In this document: positions 59,499-64,000 of the stretch, one piece after another
How positions within the stretch are numbered: position 1 is the stretch's first letter
Layout: each line of letters opens with the position of its first letter
Assembly: GCA_963709505.1 (NCBI GenBank)
Contig: CAVPXC010000010.1
Coordinates: 1 to 64,000 of the forward strand
DNA: 64,000 nucleotides
Source of the DNA: an uncultured Chloroflexia bacterium
Lineage (GTDB): Bacteria; Chloroflexota; Anaerolineae; JAAEKA01
Direction of reading: 5' to 3'
The notes under the pieces: generated by a model
What the model was told of the DNA's origin: nothing
Databases searched by the model: none
The model's input: the letters and a program-made list of their open reading frames with translations, nothing else
Made by a program: the position numbers and the translations under genes

Positions 59499-59925
59499 CG
59501 CGTTGCTCCCACAGGCGTTGCACGAAGGCCTGCCAATCGCGCTCCAACACAGGCTCCAGGTCCCAATAGCGGCGGCGGATCCAGGATTTATATTCGGCCA
59601 CCCGATCCAGGGAGCGCTGCCACAGTCGCCGGCCGCTGGTGATGACCTCGAACTGGGCAGCAACAGGGGCTAGATTGAGCACGTGAAGGTCAAGCCAATC
59701 AGGCCACGACGCTGACCAACGATCCTCGAACCGCCACAGCGTTTGTGAGACGATATCTTGACGGGCGAGGACCGCGATGTCCACGTCGCTTGCCGCGTGA
59801 GTGCGTCCTTCGACCTGAGAGCCGAAGAGATACAGCGCGTCGATTTCCTGTTGATCGACCGCCCAGGCGACGAGGTGGTTCGTGAGATCGTCAAGGCCGG
59901 CGTAGGATGATGCGTGTTGGATCAT
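59404..59925 (-). CDS. mntA: MntA-type nucleotidyltransferase antitoxin
   Basis: GS-X9-SDVDIAV minimal nucleotidyltransferase motif. The track ORF has a long 3' extension overlapping hepT. Confidence 0.7.
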   Translation of the reverse strand: MIQHASSYAGLDDLTNHLVAWAVDQQEIDALYLFGSQVEGRTHAASDVDIAVLARQDIVSQTLWRFEDRWSASWPDWLDLHVLNLAPVAAQFEVITSGRRLWQRSLDRVAEYKSWIRRRYWDLEPVLERDWQAFVQRLWEQRDDAKREEYQAALAQIRTVHRRVRETAASHAR

Positions 59926-62900
59926 GGCTGCATTATAGCATAGTCGAGGTGAGATGAGCCATCCGGTTGGCTGTTTGTTCCTTCCACCACCGCGATCTCC
60001 TCCTCCGTCAGCCCGTAGAGCCGGTAGACGACTTGGTCGATCAGCCGGTCGGTGCGCTCGATCTGGGTGCGGACGGCGGCCAGCTCGCCTTGCAGCTCCT
60101 CCAGCGGCGCGAGATCGGCCGCGGGGTCGAAGACGGGGAGCTTGACGGCTTGGATCTTCTGCAAGGTGGATTTGGTCTTGCCGCCGGGGAAGGCGCCGGC
60201 ATGGGTGAACTGGTCCAGCACGGGCAGCGCATGGGTGTAGAAACGGGCCACGGACGGGTCGAGCTCGAAGCGATAGACCGGCGTCCAGGTGCGCAGGATG
60301 GTCTTGCCGTCCTCCTCGTAGAGCCAGGAAGCCCAGCCGTCGGCCGGGTTGCGGTGCTTGAGATGGGCTTGCAGCTCGACCCGCTGGCCGTCCAGCCTGA
60401 CCAACCGCAATCCCTCGACGTCGTGGCGGACGACGTCAAGACCGGAAGGGTCTGCCGAATGCACCAACTCCCCGTACTTGATCGCGTTGGCGAAGACCTT
60501 GGGCAAAGGCTGGCAGGCCGCGCCCCGATCCAGGAACTTGAAGGGGTCGAGCGCTTTCTCCAGCTTCTGGCGCTGTTTGTTCAGGTCGATCATCTGCTCG
60601 GCCAGGAAGGCCAGCAGGTCGTGGATTACGTCGGCGTGCTCCGGTTCCTGGCCGAGCTGGTGCTCGACGAAGCCCAGGACGCAGGCGTAGTCCCACTTGT
60701 CGCAGAACTGGCCGTATAGCCGCCGGCCCTTCTCGGCCAGACGTTCGCGCTCGTCGGTGGGGGTGGTGAAGACGATGCGTCTCAACGGCAAGTCCGCAAT
60801 TCGTTTACACTCACGTGATTATTCGTGCTAGTAAGACTAAATCGCCATTCGAGAAGTTGGCTATTCAAAAGCGCAAGTAGAAAATGCCCGGCCATTATAT
60901 CTGTCCCGACCACGAAGTACGAAATGCTATCGAAGCAATAGCTGGGAGTGCGGTAGGTGGAGAGAAAATCAACCTTCGCCAATTGTATCAGCGCGGCATT
61001 TCGTTGGTATCCGATTCGGTACAGCTTTGTGTGTTTGGCCCGCTCGCCTCCAACTGTCACTTAAAGCCGGCAAGATCCGGATGTTTCTCCACACCTTGAC
61101 GTGCCACGGGTTGAAACTCATAGCGCTGCACGTTTCCACCGCGCAACACCAGTGGACCTGCACTAGAAATCTCAGACAAGAGATGAACTTATAGTTGTTT
61201 CGTTGATTTCACCTTGAAAGGTCTGAAGTTGCTGCCCTAACGGCACGAACATCTCATCTGAAGTGAGCCGTAGTGCTAGAGCAAAGGACTCATTCGAGCT
61301 TAACACTGGGACAACCAAGTTGTGTGGGCTGAACCGAAGAATATCGAGCGAACTAGCCGCATACTGACCTGAAACCTCACTTAGCAGACCTCCAGGATGC
61401 GACAAAGGTGAGGCGTTTTCGAAATAATTGGCAGAAACCCGTAATACAAGTATGCAAGTAGGTAGTTTTGCTTCAGCATAATGACACGCGATCGATGGAT
61501 CGTCGTTTATTCTTCAAACACTTGATCCGTGTAATGCGTGATATGTCGCATGATGCTGACTTTCTCAGCGGAGGTATTCTCTGAATATCCGCGCAGGATC
61601 GAATCGGCAACAACTGTGACCGACGTAACTATCCTGACCGAGCCACAGCTGAAAGCGAGAACCACTGAACAGACTAATAAAGAGTCGACTACACCAGATC
61701 GGGTTGGCATAACCTGCCTTCAAGGTATCTCATACCATGGACGAGAACCTTTCACGCTCATTTTGATCAAGAACATCATACGGCGGATTCCCAATCACCG
61801 CATCGAACCCCGCCGCATCCCCTTGCAGCCGGCCGTGCGGATCGAAGAAGACCTCGGGGAACTCCAACTCCCAGTGGAAAAAGCGCCGCTCGGCCGCGAT
61901 CTGTTTGCCTTGGGCGATCAGCTCGTCCCAGCCCTGCAGGGCAAAGCCGCCGTGCAGCAGGTATTTGGCAAGCGGCTGCCACACGTCGTCGGCAATCGCC
62001 AGCCCAAAGTGGCGTGCGGTCCACAGGTCGGCCAGCAGGCGCGCCTTTTCGGTGGTCTTGCGCACGGTCTCGACGTAGATGCGCTCGGATTCGTGGACGT
62101 CGGCCAGGGTCTCGCTGCCCAGGCGCTCGATGTCGTCCATGAAACGGCTGGCGGTGCGCATCGACCCGGCGAAGGCGCTGTCGTCCAGCATGGAAAGCTG
62201 GCCGGCCTCGCGCAGCGCGGCCTCGTCGGCCTGCGCCTTGCGCGTCTTGCGCTTCTGGGCGGCGCTTGGCCCCGCGCTCGGCCCGGCAGCGTCCAACGGC
62301 AGGTCGGCGACGCGCGCGCCGATCAGCGAGTTGCCGCAGCGCAGGTGATGGTCCAGGAAGCTCAGCGGCTTGTTCTTGCTGACCGTCGCCAGCCACAGGC
62401 TCAGCTTGGCCAGCTCCACCGCCAGCGGGTTGAGGTCGACGCCGTAGATGCAGGCCTGCGCCACCCGCCGGCGCCAATAGGCGAGCTGGCTCTCGTCGCC
62501 TGCGGTCGGCCCTGCGGTGGAGGGTGGAGCGTGGAGAGTGGAGGGTGGACCCGAGGCCGGCTCCACGCTGGGTACGCCTTGCTCCACCAGGAAGCGGGCG
62601 ACGAACTCCGCGGCCGCCACCAGGAAATGGCCCGAACCCATCGCCGGATCCAGGATATTGACGTTCAGAACCGCCCGCGCCAGCTTCTCCGGGTCGCTCA
62701 CAGCGCCGCCTGCGTCGAGGAACGGCGCAGCCGCCTCGGCCAGCACCGGCCCCACCGTGTGCTCGACGATGTACTGCACGATGTAGTCGGGGGTGTAGTA
62801 GCTGCCGGTAGCCTTGCGCTCGCCTTTGTCCGTCACCAGATAAACCTGGCCAGGAAGAATGTCCGCTCCACTCTGACTCCCTCCCGCTCCGCTCTCGACT

Positions 62901-64000
62901 CCTCCCCCTCCGAGGGGGAGGGTTGGGGAGGGGGTTGGGGAAGCGGCTCAATCACTTCCTTCCCCTTAACCTTGCGCACCACCAGCGGCTCGCCCGCCAC
63001 GCGCACCTGGTATTCCAGCAGCCCCTCGTAGATGCTGCCCAGGTGGCGGATTTCCAGGTCGCGGTAGTCCACAACCTCGCGCGTGCCGGTTTTGGGATCG
63101 CGCGTGCGCGCCAGCAGGTCGATCGCCTTGCGCAGGTGCAGGTCGCCGACGCGGTGCTGCTCCAGGAAGGGATGGTTGGCCGGCTTGAACAGCCCGCCGT
63201 CGTAGGCCGGCACGCCCAGGTAGGGATCGCCGCCGTCGATCACGCGCCACAGCTCGGCCAGGCGCTGCCACAGGCTGGACATGCTGGGCGCGGCCGGTTG
63301 GCCGCTGTCGATCTCCTGGGCGATGCGCCGCTTGAGCGCCTGCAAGCTGTAGCTCTCGCGGTAGGTCGAGTTCTCCAGCACCGGCAACAGGTCGCGGTCC
63401 TCGGCGTAGAGGATGAACAGCAGCCGGTAGAGCACGATCAGGCTGTTGTCGTGGATGGCCCGCAGCGTGGTCTCGTCCGGCGTCAGGCCGTTGCCGGGGA
63501 AGTCGAGGAAGCCCTGGGCCAGGGCAGCCAACGCCTCGTAGACCTGGTCTTTCAGCCCGGCGCTGATGCCTTGCTGGTAGGCCAGGCTCTCGGCCAGCAC
63601 CAAATCCAGCCAGGCTGGCGCGCCATGGGCTGCGCTGTCGGGGAGGAAGGCCTCGCGGCGGAAGAAGAGCCAGAAATACTTGAACGCCTCGGCGTCGCCG
63701 GCCTCGATCAGCGCGGGCAGATCGACCTCGTAGTAGACGTCCAGCTTCTTGGAGGAGTCCTTGTGGTAAAGCTGCCACAGCCGGCCGTTGGTCAGCACGC
63801 CCCAGGCCAGCCCCGAATGGCGGATGTAGAAGTCGATCTGCAAGGCCGGGTTGGCGTGGAGGGTCTTGCTGCTATCGGCCGGGCCGCTGCGGTCCAGGGG
63901 CCGGTTCCACGCCTTGGCGTCGGCCACGGCCAGGGCGGCGGCCAGATCAGCCTCCGCGGCCGGGCGGTGCAGCGTCTGGATGGCGGTGCGCGTCGCCTCG
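59922..64000 (-). pseudogene. type IIG restriction-modification / PglX-like N6-adenine methyltransferase, disrupted (multiple frames), 5' end beyond window
   Basis: N-terminal/helical part (62833-64000+, open past the window edge). MTase core with GSYYTP and NPPY motifs (61730-62836). Low-GC TRD-like segment in broken frames (60792-61729; ...LLALLNSQLLEWRF...STNNHVSVNELR). C-terminal domain ending in the RLYGLTEEEIAVVEG hallmark (59922-60791). Confidence 0.6.
60792..61729 (-). other. low-GC (~48 % vs ~65 %) target-recognition-domain segment of the MTase gene
   Basis: Visible composition drop; ORF fragments 60782-61060, 61172-61405 and 61507-61710 lie in different frames. Confidence 0.6.

Noticed and set aside
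1-64000. tRNA, rRNA, tmRNA or RNase P genes
   Set aside because: No cloverleaf-compatible or rRNA-like segments noticed in any intergenic region. All long intergenic stretches are accounted for by repeats or promoters.

Overview
This is a 64 kb, roughly 65 % GC window, gene-dense on both strands, that looks like chromosomal DNA from a high-GC bacterium (the gene content and repeat load suggest a Chloroflexota-like organism, but I cannot confirm that). The annotation challenge is the very large number of short palindromic and tandem oligonucleotide repeats, which flank most genes and create many spurious ORFs that begin MSIVNCQLTIVN or contain WRVESGEW.

Gene content, left to right:
- glpF-dhaK-dhaL (glycerol/dihydroxyacetone module)
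- manC
- a truncated REP-associated tyrosine transposase (RAYT) flanked by REP hairpins
- nfeD-flotillin operon with a consensus promoter and a terminator
- imuA-imuB mutagenesis cassette behind a TATAAT box and a GAAC-N4-GTTC LexA-type box
- a decayed larB/larE/larC nickel-pincer cofactor cluster
- a formylglycine-generating enzyme
- a BMP-family nucleoside-type ABC transporter whose substrate-binding protein carries a 99.7 % identical 960-bp tandem duplication
- a PhnD-like/BMP fused substrate-binding protein
- a GT4 glycosyltransferase
- an orphan ParA with a downstream membrane coiled-coil/Cna-B partner
- a large aromatic amino acid supercluster (AroH-type chorismate mutase fused to prephenate dehydratase, two DAHP synthase paralogs with N-terminal regulatory domains, tyrA, aroA, aroE, an inserted IS605 TnpB pseudogene, aroC), preceded by a previously unflagged aromatic-rich leader peptide with antiterminator and terminator hairpins
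- NYN/HEAT protein, SAM methyltransferase, murJ, an M1-like peptidase, a Uma2 endonuclease
- a complete opp/dpp peptide ABC operon
- EEP nuclease, creatininase-family protein, S9 peptidase, C45 acyltransferase
- a defence-like island: SWIM zinc-finger protein, a small two-gene cassette, a HepT/MNT toxin-antitoxin pair, and a disrupted type IIG restriction-modification or PglX-like methyltransferase with a low-GC target-recognition segment that runs off the window.

Many conserved genes carry single-base frameshifts, which more likely reflect indel sequencing errors than real decay. The lar cluster is the exception and is clearly deleted. I could not identify any rRNA, tRNA or CRISPR array.
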